Below, in pieces: positions 9,255 through 20,891 of a stretch of 43,104 nt of DNA (position 1 is its first letter; each line of letters begins with the position of its first letter). Origin of the DNA: Sulfuritalea sp. GTDB taxonomy: Bacteria > Pseudomonadota > Gammaproteobacteria > Burkholderiales > Rhodocyclaceae. Made by a program: the position numbers and the translations under genes. The stretch lies in assembly GCA_018333815.1 (NCBI GenBank), contig JAGXSN010000180.1, forward strand, positions 1-43,104, written 5' to 3'. The notes below the pieces were generated by a model that was given only the letters and a program-made list of their open reading frames with translations, was not told the origin of the DNA and did no database searches.

Positions 9255-9814
9255 GGTCTGATTCCTTTTGCATCGAGCGCGACCGCCAGGGTATGGGTGG
9301 CGCGCGAACAATGGGTCTTGACGCTGCCTTCGGTACAGCCCATGGCGGCGGCGGTTTCGGCGATGTCCAATCCCTCCCAGTAACGCAGCAGGAAGGCTTC
9401 GCGTTGACGCGGGGGGAGTTTTTGCAAGGCTTCCTCCACGAGGGTCAGGGTTTCGGCCCGCAGCAAGGCGGTGTGCGGCGCGGCGAACGGGCTGATGTCG
9501 TCGTTCAATTCTAGGGTTTCCAGCGGATCTGCGGGGTTCTCGTCATCGCCTTCGAACGCCGTGAGGGAGGTGAAACGCTCCGCTTTGGTGCGCGAACGCC
9601 GGTAATGGTCGCGGATGGCGTTTTGCAGGATGCGCTGGAACAGCAGCGGCAGTTCTGCCGCGGGGCGGTCGCCATATTTTTCGCTGAGTCGCATCATGCT
9701 GTCCTGGACGATGTCGAGGGCGGCATCCTCGTCGCGCACGGCGTAGAGGGCCTGTTTGTAGGCGCGTCGCTCGACCTCGGCAAGGAAATTGGAAAGCTCG
9801 GCGCGGGAAGCCAA
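9251..9814 (-). CDS. ECF-type RNA polymerase sigma factor
   Basis: Region 2 ALDIVQD, region 4 LPPRQREAFLLRYWEG..GSVKTHCSRA. Start uncertain (TTG at 9814 or GTG at 9859). Confidence 0.93.
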   Translation of the reverse strand: MASRAELSNFLAEVERRAYKQALYAVRDEDAALDIVQDSMMRLSEKYGDRPAAELPLLFQRILQNAIRDHYRRSRTKAERFTSLTAFEGDDENPADPLETLELNDDISPFAAPHTALLRAETLTLVEEALQKLPPRQREAFLLRYWEGLDIAETAAAMGCTEGSVKTHCSRATHTLAVALDAKGIRP

Positions 9815-9921
9815 GAGATGCTTACTCGTTCTGGAATTGGCTGTGAGCCTTGACCACAAGCGTGACAGTCAAGTATTGTTGCACGTTTCGGGTGTAAAAC
9901 CGGCAACGACGGATCCAAAGT

Positions 9922-13162
<3,241 letters not shown>

Positions 13163-13166
13163 CCCG

Positions 13167-13808
13167 GTGAACTACCCGCACCCTATCGTCGCCCGGGAAG
13201 GCTGGCCCTTCCTGGGTGGCGCCATTGTCCTGGCCCTGCTGGCGACCTTCGGCGGCGGTCCGCTCTGGTCGATACCTTTCTGGCTGGTCGTCTTGTTCAT
13301 CTTGCAGTTCTTCCGCGATCCGGCGCGCGCCGTGGCGGGAGGCGCGAAGAGCATCCTGTCGCCCGCCGACGGCCGCATCGTCGTCATCGAGCCTGCCCGC
13401 GACCCCTGGCTCGACCGGGAAACCCTCAAGATCAGCGTGTTCATGAACGTGTTCAACGTGCACTCGAACCGCAGCCCGGTCGATGGCGATGTCATGAGGC
13501 GCTGGTATCGCCCCGGCAAGTTCGTCAACGCCAGTCTCGACAAGGCCTCGACCGAAAACGAGCGCAACGCCCTGCACATCCGCACCGCCGACGGCCAGGA
13601 TGTCACCTGCGTGCAGGTGGCGGGCCTGATCGCGCGGCGCATCCTCTGCTACGTCGGGACGGGGGCCCGACTCCAACGCGGCCAGCGCTACGGCTTCATC
13701 CGCTTCGGTTCGCGCGTCGACCTCTATCTGCCCAAGGAGGTGGCCGTCAAGGTCGGTGTTGGCCAGAAGGTGCATGCCACCTCGACGATTCTCGCTGAAC
13801 TCCCGTAA
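13167..13808 (+). CDS. psd: Phosphatidylserine decarboxylase proenzyme
   Basis: FFRDP, SPADG, FNVH, and the FGSRVD self-cleavage motif. Confidence 0.95.
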   Translation: MNYPHPIVAREGWPFLGGAIVLALLATFGGGPLWSIPFWLVVLFILQFFRDPARAVAGGAKSILSPADGRIVVIEPARDPWLDRETLKISVFMNVFNVHSNRSPVDGDVMRRWYRPGKFVNASLDKASTENERNALHIRTADGQDVTCVQVAGLIARRILCYVGTGARLQRGQRYGFIRFGSRVDLYLPKEVAVKVGVGQKVHATSTILAELP

Positions 13809-13859
13809 GCAGAGCGGGCGGCTACAATCCGCCGCATCGCCATCGTAGCCCGCACTGAC

Positions 13860-14627
13860 ATGCCCGAATACCGCCCCCGCAAGACCCTGTTCAACCCCGA
13901 GCTGCGTCGGCGCGGCATCTACATCCTGCCCAACCTGTTCACCACGGCGGCGCTGTTCTCGGGTTTCTTCGCCATCGTCCAGGCCATGAACGACAAATTC
14001 GAGGCGGCGGCCGTGGCAATCTTCATCGCCATGCTGTTCGATGGCCTGGACGGCCGCGTGGCGCGCCTGACGCGCACCCAGAGCGCCTTTGGGGCGGAGT
14101 ACGATTCGCTCTCCGACATGGTGTCTTTCGGCGCCGCCCCGGCGCTGGTGATTTACGAATGGGCGCTCAAGGATCTCGGCAAGCTGGGCTGGATCGCGGC
14201 GTTTATCTTCTGCGTCGGGGCCGCCTTGCGGCTCGCGCGGTTCAACACCAACATCGGGGTGGTCGACAAGCGCTACTTTCAGGGCTTGCCCAGTCCGGCT
14301 GCGGCTGCCCTGGTGGCCGGCCTGGTCTGGGTGCTGATCGATTTCGAATGGAACGGCAGCGAGGCGCGCTGGTATGCGTTTGTCCTGACACTGTTCGCCG
14401 GCGTCTCGATGGTCACCAGCCTGCGCTATTACTCCGGCAAGGACATCAACCTGAGAAAGAGCGTCCCCTTCATCATCGTGGTGGCGATCGCGCTCGGCTT
14501 TGCGCTGGTGTCGACCCATCCTCCCGGGGTGCTGTTCACCCTGTTCCTGGCGTATGCGCTGTCCGGTTACGTCATAGCCGCTGTCGATCGGTTCGATAGG
14601 CGCAAAAAACTTGCGCGGCCGGAATAG
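13860..14627 (+). CDS. pssA: CDP-diacylglycerol--serine O-phosphatidyltransferase
   Basis: [19 protein letters not shown]-alcohol phosphotransferase motif; RLARFN. Confidence 0.96.
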   Translation: MPEYRPRKTLFNPELRRRGIYILPNLFTTAALFSGFFAIVQAMNDKFEAAAVAIFIAMLFDGLDGRVARLTRTQSAFGAEYDSLSDMVSFGAAPALVIYEWALKDLGKLGWIAAFIFCVGAALRLARFNTNIGVVDKRYFQGLPSPAAAALVAGLVWVLIDFEWNGSEARWYAFVLTLFAGVSMVTSLRYYSGKDINLRKSVPFIIVVAIALGFALVSTHPPGVLFTLFLAYALSGYVIAAVDRFDRRKKLARPE

Positions 14628-14638
14628 TTTGTTATAGT
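14611..14638 (+). promoter_or_regulatory. Sigma70 promoter for the leuA leader region
   Basis: TTGCGC-N16-TATAGT with a TG extended -10. Confidence 0.6.
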
Positions 14639-14645
14639 CGGCGCC

Positions 14646-14765
14646 ATGGACGCGACCCCACTTCCCGTCATTGCCGCAGTTGCCGCCTTGCTTGCCCTCG
14701 CGGCGCCTGCCGCAGCCCGCGCGCTGCGCTCGAAATTGCGGCCGCTGCTGCGCCGCGCGCGCTAA
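14646..14765 (+). CDS. Putative leucine-rich leader peptide (39 aa) upstream of leuA
   Basis: [39 protein letters not shown], 8 Leu including CTT and TTG codons. Hairpin CCCGCC-AGC-GGCGGG follows at 14804-14818. Confidence 0.55.
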   Translation: MDATPLPVIAAVAALLALAAPAAARALRSKLRPLLRRAR

Positions 14766-14857
14766 AAACCCCCGCCCCACAATTCGACTACCGATTGCCG
14801 CCGCCCGCCAGCGGCGGGTTGCGATCTTCTGCAGGCGTTTCCATCGGAGAAAGAAAA

Positions 14858-16396
14858 ATGAGCAAGCCCCGGTTGTTGATTTTCGATACCACCTTGCGCG
14901 ACGGCGAGCAGAGCCCCGGCGCCGCCATGACGCGCGAGGAAAAGATGCGCATCGCTCGCCAGCTCGAGCGGTTGCGGGTCGATGTCATCGAGGCCGGTTT
15001 TGCCGCGGCGAGTACGGGCGATTTCGAGTCGATCCGCGCCATCGCCGAGACCATCAAGGAGTCTACGGTCTGCTCCCTGGCGCGCGCCAACGAGAAGGAC
15101 GTGCGCCGTGCCGGCGAAGCGATCCAGCCCGCCGCCCGGGGTCGCATCCATACCTTCATCGCCACCTCGCCGATCCACATGGAAAAGAAACTGCGCATGC
15201 AGCCGGACGAGGTTGTCGCGGCGGCGGTTCAGGCGGTCCAGTGGGCGCTCGAATACACGGACGACGTCGAATTCTCCGCCGAGGACGCGGTGCGCTCCGA
15301 GTTCGACTTCCTGTGCCGCGTCTTCGACGCGGTGATCCGCGCCGGCGCCAAGACGATCAACGTGCCCGACACCGTCGGCTACAGCATCCCGGTGCAGTGG
15401 GGCGAACGCATGCGCGCCCTCATCGAGCACGTGCCGAATTCAGACCGGGTGGTCTGGTCCACCCACTGCCACAATGATCTCGGCATGGCTGCGGCCAACT
15501 CGCTGGCGGCCGTGCTCAACGGCGCGCGGCAGGTGGAATGCACGATCAACGGACTCGGCGAGCGCGCCGGTAACGCCTCGCTCGAGGAAATCGTCATGGC
15601 GGTAAGGACGCGCCAGGACCTCTTCCCGGTTGAAACCCGCATCGATGCCGCCCAGATCGTGCCGACTTCCCGGTTGGTGTCGCAAATTACCGGTTACGTC
15701 GTGCAGCCGAACAAGGCGATCGTCGGCGCCAACGCCTTCGCCCATGAATCCGGCATCCACCAGGATGGCGTGCTCAAGCACCGCGAAACCTATGAGATCA
15801 TGCGCGCCGAGGATGTCGGCTGGCATGCCAACAAGCTGTCCCTCGGCAAGCTCTCGGGCCGCAACGCCTTCCGCACCAAGCTGGCCGAGCTGGGCATCGC
15901 GCTCGCCAGCGAGGAAGCGCTGAACGCCGCTTTTGCCAAGTTCAAGGAACTCGCCGACAAGAAACGCGAGATTTTCGACGAAGATCTGCAGGCCCTGGTC
16001 TCCGACGAGGGGGTGACGCCGGAGATCGAACACTACAAACTGGTTGCGTCGCTCTTTCACTCGGAAACCGGCGAGGCGCCCGTCGCCGAACTGACCCTGT
16101 CGGTCGGCGGCGCCGAGCGCCATGCGCGAGCCACGGGCAGCGGTCCGGTCGACGCGGCTTTCCTGGCGATCGAGAGCATCGCCGGCAGCGGTTCCGACCT
16201 GCTGCTTTACTCCGTCAATGCGATCACCACCGGAACCGACGCCCAGGGCGAGGTGACGGTGCGGCTGTCGAAGAGCGGGCGCATCGTCAATGGCCAGGGG
16301 GCGGATACCGACATCATCGTCGCTTCGGCGAAGGCCTACCTGAATGCGCTCAACAAACTGTACGCAGGACCGGAGCGGGTCAATCCGCAGCTTTGA
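14858..16396 (+). CDS. leuA: 2-isopropylmalate synthase
   Basis: [32 protein letters not shown]-terminal regulatory domain. Confidence 0.99.
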   Translation: MSKPRLLIFDTTLRDGEQSPGAAMTREEKMRIARQLERLRVDVIEAGFAAASTGDFESIRAIAETIKESTVCSLARANEKDVRRAGEAIQPAARGRIHTFIATSPIHMEKKLRMQPDEVVAAAVQAVQWALEYTDDVEFSAEDAVRSEFDFLCRVFDAVIRAGAKTINVPDTVGYSIPVQWGERMRALIEHVPNSDRVVWSTHCHNDLGMAAANSLAAVLNGARQVECTINGLGERAGNASLEEIVMAVRTRQDLFPVETRIDAAQIVPTSRLVSQITGYVVQPNKAIVGANAFAHESGIHQDGVLKHRETYEIMRAEDVGWHANKLSLGKLSGRNAFRTKLAELGIALASEEALNAAFAKFKELADKKREIFDEDLQALVSDEGVTPEIEHYKLVASLFHSETGEAPVAELTLSVGGAERHARATGSGPVDAAFLAIESIAGSGSDLLLYSVNAITTGTDAQGEVTVRLSKSGRIVNGQGADTDIIVASAKAYLNALNKLYAGPERVNPQL

Positions 16397-16733
16397 ACCG
16401 GCCGGGCGCGGTGATGCGCGCGTAGGCCAGGGCCGCGACGAAAAACGCGGTGGCGAGCGCCACTTCGACCATGGCCAGCCATTGCATCGCGCCGTGGTCG
16501 GTGGTGGCGCGCACCAGACCCTCGAGCAGATAGAACTGGATCAGCAGGCTCGACCACTGGTAGGTGTAACGCCGGCCGCGCAGGATGCCGAACAGGGGCA
16601 GAAGCAAAGGCAGTGCCTTGAGCGCCAGCCACGAGCCGCCGGGCCGCAGCGGCGCGAGCCAAAGCTCCCAGGCGAGGCAAAGGGCGATCAGCGCGATCAG
16701 GCTGGCGCTGGCTGCGAGGCGAAGGATGCGCAT
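16380..16733 (-). CDS. DUF2069-like membrane protein
   Basis: [36 protein letters not shown]. Confidence 0.85.
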   Translation of the reverse strand: MRILRLAASASLIALIALCLAWELWLAPLRPGGSWLALKALPLLLPLFGILRGRRYTYQWSSLLIQFYLLEGLVRATTDHGAMQWLAMVEVALATAFFVAALAYARITAPGRFKAAD

Positions 16734-16740
16734 GCGCCGC

Positions 16741-16762
16741 AAGTCGGCGCCGGCAGGACGGC
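16741..16762 (+). repeat. 22-bp dispersed motif, copy 4 (intergenic)
   Basis: AAGTCGGCGCCGGCAGGACGGC. Confidence 0.85.
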
Positions 16763-16826
16763 AGGTCATGTCGAGGTCGGCGCGGGGGAAAGGTCGGGTC
16801 GCGCAGGTTCCGGCAGGCCGGAAAGC

Positions 16827-16874
16827 TTGACCCGGAGCGGCCGCCGAAATAAACTGAGGAACGTTGTCAACTAT
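16827..16874 (+). promoter_or_regulatory. grxD promoter overlapped by an IscR type-1-like operator
   Basis: TTGACC-N17-TAAACT at 16827-16855. Positions 16850-16874 read ATAGTTGACAACGTTCCTCAGTTTA on the minus strand. Confidence 0.6.
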
Positions 16875-16891
16875 TAGTGAGAGTCAAGGAT

Positions 16892-17212
16892 ATGAACAAG
16901 GAAAGGATTCACCAGCTGGTCACCGCAGCCCCCGTCGTGCTCTTCATGAAGGGCACCAAGCAGTTCCCGCGCTGTGGCTTTTCCGGCCGGGCCGCACAGC
17001 TTCTCAAGCTCTGCAACGTCGAGTTTACCGACGTCAACGTGCTGAGCGACGAGGAAACCGTGCCAGCGCTGCGCGAGTATGCCGACTGGCCGACCATCCC
17101 GGTCCTGTATATCCGCGGCGAGTTCATCGGCGGTTGCGACATCATGACCGAGATGTACCAGGCCGGCGAGTTGCAGCAGAAACTCGGCGACCTGATGAAA
17201 TCGCCCGCCTGA
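16892..17212 (+). CDS. grxD: Monothiol glutaredoxin (Grx4 family)
   Basis: LFMKG..CGFS, WPTIP, GGCD; AAGGA RBS. Confidence 0.95.
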   Translation: MNKERIHQLVTAAPVVLFMKGTKQFPRCGFSGRAAQLLKLCNVEFTDVNVLSDEETVPALREYADWPTIPVLYIRGEFIGGCDIMTEMYQAGELQQKLGDLMKSPA

Positions 17213-17293
17213 ACACCGGTCATCCCCGCAGTTCGGCGGCAACCGGCTCGGCCGCGCCGCGAACGATTGGACCGGGGCGTTGCGCCGGCTTCA

Positions 17294-18601
17294 TCAGGTG
17301 TGGGAAAGCAGGACATTGGTGCGCGCCAGGCGCTCCGCCAGCACGCGCAGGAAGCCCTGATAGAAATGCATGCGGCAGGCATCGGAGGATCGGTTCAGCG
17401 ACTGGGCGCCGATCATGACGAAACGCACGTCCGTCAGGGCGACGACGTCGGCGCCGCGCCGCGGGTGGCGCCGGTCGATCACGGCCATCTCGCCGATCAC
17501 CTCGCCGGGACCCAGTTCGTCCAGAATGCGATCCTCCTTGCAAACTTGCGCGCAGCCCTCGACCAGAAAGATCAGGTGGTTACCGGGGTCGCCGTCGCGC
17601 ATCAGGTGGGTGCCGGCGATCGCCGCTTCCCAGCGGGCGAAGCGCACGATCTCCCAGATCTCGACGTCCGAGAACTCGTCGAAGAAGCGCATGCCGCGCA
17701 GGGTCTCGAATTTCTCGCTGTCCTGGATGACTGGCTGGTGCGGCGCCAGTCCCTGATTGCGGAAAGCCTGGGCGAGGTCGTGGGCGAATTCCTGCCAGGT
17801 CGCGTAACGCTGCTCGGTCTCCTTGCGCATGGCGCGGTAGACGATGGCGTCCAGCGCCGGCGGCAGATCGTCGCGCAGGGCCGACGGCAGCGGCGGTTCG
17901 ATGTTGCAGATCTGGTAGATCATGCTGTAGTTGCTGCTGGCCTGAAAGGGCAGGCGACCGGTCAGCAGCTGAAACATCACCACGCCGAGGGAATAGATGT
18001 CGGTCTGGTGATCGAGCGCCTCCTCGCGCAATTGCTGCGGCGACATGTAGGCGGGCGAGCCGACCCCGGTCACCTGGGTGCGGGCTTGCTCGGCGCCGGA
18101 CTGGATGCAGGCGCCGAAGTCGGAGATCTTGATCTCGCCATCCGCATAGCCTCTCGGCCCGTCGGTATGCGCGAACAGAATGTTCGCCGGCTTGATGTCC
18201 CGGTGCGTGATGCCGAGACGGTTGGCGTACTCCAGCGCATGCGTGCATTTGAAAATGATCTCGACCACGCGCTCGATGGGGAGCAGGGCAGCGGGGGTGC
18301 AGAACGGTTCGAGCGTGCCTCCCTGGATATATTCCATGACGATATAGCTCTCGTCCGCGCCGATGACCGCATCGAAAATCTGCACGATGTGGGGGTGGAT
18401 CAGCTTGCCGGCGAGCGCGGCCTCGTTCATCAACAGATGGCGAAACTGCTTGCCGCGTTCGCGGTCCTGCAGCACTTCGGGAAGGATGCGCTTGACTGCG
18501 ACCTCGCGCTCGGTGAAGGGGTCGAAACACAAATACACCGCGGCCGTTGCGCCTTGGCCGAGCTGGCGGAATATCTCATACTTGCCGCCGATGGTCTTCA
18601 T
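17294..18601 (-). CDS. Hanks-type Ser/Thr protein kinase with C-terminal cNMP-binding domain
   Basis: LGQGATAAVY, VAVK, HRDIKPAN, DFG, GSPAYMSPQQ; C-terminal GEMA..RRGADVVA. Confidence 0.92.
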   Translation of the reverse strand: MKTIGGKYEIFRQLGQGATAAVYLCFDPFTEREVAVKRILPEVLQDRERGKQFRHLLMNEAALAGKLIHPHIVQIFDAVIGADESYIVMEYIQGGTLEPFCTPAALLPIERVVEIIFKCTHALEYANRLGITHRDIKPANILFAHTDGPRGYADGEIKISDFGACIQSGAEQARTQVTGVGSPAYMSPQQLREEALDHQTDIYSLGVVMFQLLTGRLPFQASSNYSMIYQICNIEPPLPSALRDDLPPALDAIVYRAMRKETEQRYATWQEFAHDLAQAFRNQGLAPHQPVIQDSEKFETLRGMRFFDEFSDVEIWEIVRFARWEAAIAGTHLMRDGDPGNHLIFLVEGCAQVCKEDRILDELGPGEVIGEMAVIDRRHPRRGADVVALTDVRFVMIGAQSLNRSSDACRMHFYQGFLRVLAERLARTNVLLSHT

Positions 18602-18606
18602 GGCGG

Positions 18607-19980
18607 TCAGGGCATCGAACGCAGGCGCGCGATGGCGGCTCTCACTTGTTGCGGCGCCGTGCCGCCGATATGGTTGCGCGCCGCGAGGGAACCCTCGACC
18701 GTCAGCACGGCATAGACGTCGGCGCCGATCAGTGCGGAGAAGCTTTGCAGTTCCTCGAGCGGCAGGTTGGCCAGATCGCGGCCCTTCTGCTCGGCGGCGC
18801 GCACGGCGCGCGCCACGGCCTCGTGGGCGTCGCGGAACGGCAGGCCCTTTTTCACCAGATAGTCGGCGAGGTCGGTCGCCGTGGCGTAGCCCTGCTTGAG
18901 CGCGGCCGCCATCGCCTCCGGCTTGACGCGGATGCCGGGCGCCATTTCGGCAAAGATGCGCAGGGTGTCGATCAGCGTGTCGGCGGTGTCGAACAGAGGT
19001 TCCTTGTCCTCCTGATTGTCCTTGTTGTAGGCCAGCGGCTGGCCCTTCATCAGGGTCAAGAGGCCCATCAGGTGGCCGAAGACGCGCCCGCTCTTGCCGC
19101 GCGCCAGCTCCGGCACGTCGGGATTCTTCTTCTGCGGCATGATCGAGGAGCCGGTGCAGAAGCGGTCGGCGAGATCGATGAAGCCGACGCGCGGATTCAT
19201 CCATAGGATCAGCTCTTCGGAGAAACGGGAGATATGCACCATCGTCAGCGCCGCGGCGGCGCAAAACTCGATGGCGAAGTCGCGGTCCGAGACGGCGTCG
19301 ATCGAGTTCGTGCAAACGCCCTCGAAGCCAAGCTCGCGCGCGACGAATTCACGGTCGATGGGGAAGGTGGTGCCGGCCAGCGCGGCGGCGCCGAGCGGCA
19401 GGCGATTGACGCGTTTGCGGCAATCGGCGCAGCGCGCACGGTCGCGGCGCAGCATCTCGACATAGGCGAGCAGGTGGTGGCCGAAAGTCACCGGCTGGGC
19501 CACCTGCAGATGGGTGAAGCCGGGCAGCGGGGTTTCCGCATGGGCTTCCGCCAGATCGAGCAGGGCGCGGATCAAGGCGTCGAACAGGCCGTCGAGCGTA
19601 TCGATCGCGTCGCGCAGCCAGAGACGAATGTCGGTGGCCACCTGGTCGTTGCGCGAGCGGCCGGTGTGCAGCCGCTTGCCCGCGTCGCCGACCAGCGCGG
19701 TGAGTCGCTTCTCGATATTGAGATGCACGTCCTCGTCGTCGAGGTTCCAGGCGAAGGCGCCGGCCGCGATCTCGGCCGCGATCTGCGCCATGCCGCGCTC
19801 GATGGCGGCGAGGTCCTCTGCCGAAATGATCCCCTGGCGCGCGAGCATTTTCGCGTGGGCGAGCGAGCCGCGGATGTCCTGGCGCCACATGCGCTGGTCG
19901 AAGGACACCGAGGCGGTGTAGCGCTTGACGAGATCGGAAACGGGTTCGGCAAAGCGCCCCGACCAGGCATTGTCAGTCAT
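18607..19980 (-). CDS. argH: Argininosuccinate lyase
   Basis: [26 protein letters not shown]. Confidence 0.99.
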   Translation of the reverse strand: MTDNAWSGRFAEPVSDLVKRYTASVSFDQRMWRQDIRGSLAHAKMLARQGIISAEDLAAIERGMAQIAAEIAAGAFAWNLDDEDVHLNIEKRLTALVGDAGKRLHTGRSRNDQVATDIRLWLRDAIDTLDGLFDALIRALLDLAEAHAETPLPGFTHLQVAQPVTFGHHLLAYVEMLRRDRARCADCRKRVNRLPLGAAALAGTTFPIDREFVARELGFEGVCTNSIDAVSDRDFAIEFCAAAALTMVHISRFSEELILWMNPRVGFIDLADRFCTGSSIMPQKKNPDVPELARGKSGRVFGHLMGLLTLMKGQPLAYNKDNQEDKEPLFDTADTLIDTLRIFAEMAPGIRVKPEAMAAALKQGYATATDLADYLVKKGLPFRDAHEAVARAVRAAEQKGRDLANLPLEELQSFSALIGADVYAVLTVEGSLAARNHIGGTAPQQVRAAIARLRSMP

Positions 19981-20074
19981 GGGTGGGTCTCGATAGGCGG
20001 GTTGCCGCGGCTTGCGGCGGTGGTGCTACGCGCAGGCACGCGAGTATAGGTCAATCAAAACGGCTTCCCCGGCG

Positions 20075-20521
20075 CTAGACGACGCTGACGACGAGCGCGG
20101 CGTCGAGCCGCTCCCAGCAAAACGGAATGACGTAGGCCTTGACGCCCTTGGGCAGAGAGATGGTCTGCCCCAGCCCCTTGATCACCACCGGGACGGAGAT
20201 CAGGAATTCATGGCCGAACTGCCTGCGTGCGTTGCCGGAAATCGTGTTGCCGATCTCGCCCGCCAGGTCGGCGAGATTGCGCACGGACAGGTCGGTTTCG
20301 CCGGCGTGCTTCAGGATCCGGCGCAGCATTTCGGCGGGCGCGGTGAAATAAACGCAGCCTTGCCGGACGCCGGAAATGCCGATGACGCCGGTGTAGTCGA
20401 AAATCGGCAGGGCGGTCGGGTCGGCCAAGTAGGGCGTGTAGACGTCCGCCGCAACGGCGGTCTGCTGCTCGAAGTAGTTTTTGACGATGGCGACGAAAAC
20501 GCGCAGTTCCACTTCAGTCAT
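20075..20521 (-). CDS. CheX-like phosphatase
   Basis: TGVIGISG, GEIGNTISGN (E..N motif), ISVPVVI. Confidence 0.85.
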   Translation of the reverse strand: MTEVELRVFVAIVKNYFEQQTAVAADVYTPYLADPTALPIFDYTGVIGISGVRQGCVYFTAPAEMLRRILKHAGETDLSVRNLADLAGEIGNTISGNARRQFGHEFLISVPVVIKGLGQTISLPKGVKAYVIPFCWERLDAALVVSVV

Positions 20522-20891
20522 ATTCTTCCTCGTCCAAGAGTTCTCCGGTGGCCGCGGTGAGGTCGTCATCCGTGAACGGTTTGCACAGAAAGCCCTGTGC
20601 GCCCTCCTTGAGCGCCTGGATGGCGGTCGCCTTGTCGGCGAGCGCCGAGACGACGAGGATGCGTACCGCCGGATCGAGGGCATGGATCGCGCGGATGCAC
20701 CCGATGCCATCCATTTCGGGCATGGTCAGATCCATGGTGACGATCTGGGGGCGGGTTTCCACGAAAATCTCGATGGCCATTTTTCCGTTGGATGCCATCC
20801 CGACGATTTCGAGACCGTAGGTATCCATTGCCCGGGCGATCTTGTTGCGAATGATGTTCGAGTCATCGACGATCATGAGCCTCTTGCTCAT
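20514..20891 (-). CDS. Single-domain CheY-like response regulator
   Basis: IVDDS, TMDLTMPEMDG, VSA, KPF. Confidence 0.93.
   Translation of the reverse strand: MSKRLMIVDDSNIIRNKIARAMDTYGLEIVGMASNGKMAIEIFVETRPQIVTMDLTMPEMDGIGCIRAIHALDPAVRILVVSALADKATAIQALKEGAQGFLCKPFTDDDLTAATGELLDEEEYD

Noticed and set aside
9860-9921. ilv attenuator leader upstream of ilvI
   Set aside because: Short divergent promoter region with no Ile/Leu/Val-rich leader ORF or terminator.
18602-19315. Apparent extension of the Ser/Thr kinase into argH
   Set aside because: Off-frame overlap with argH; the kinase domain begins at ATG 18601.
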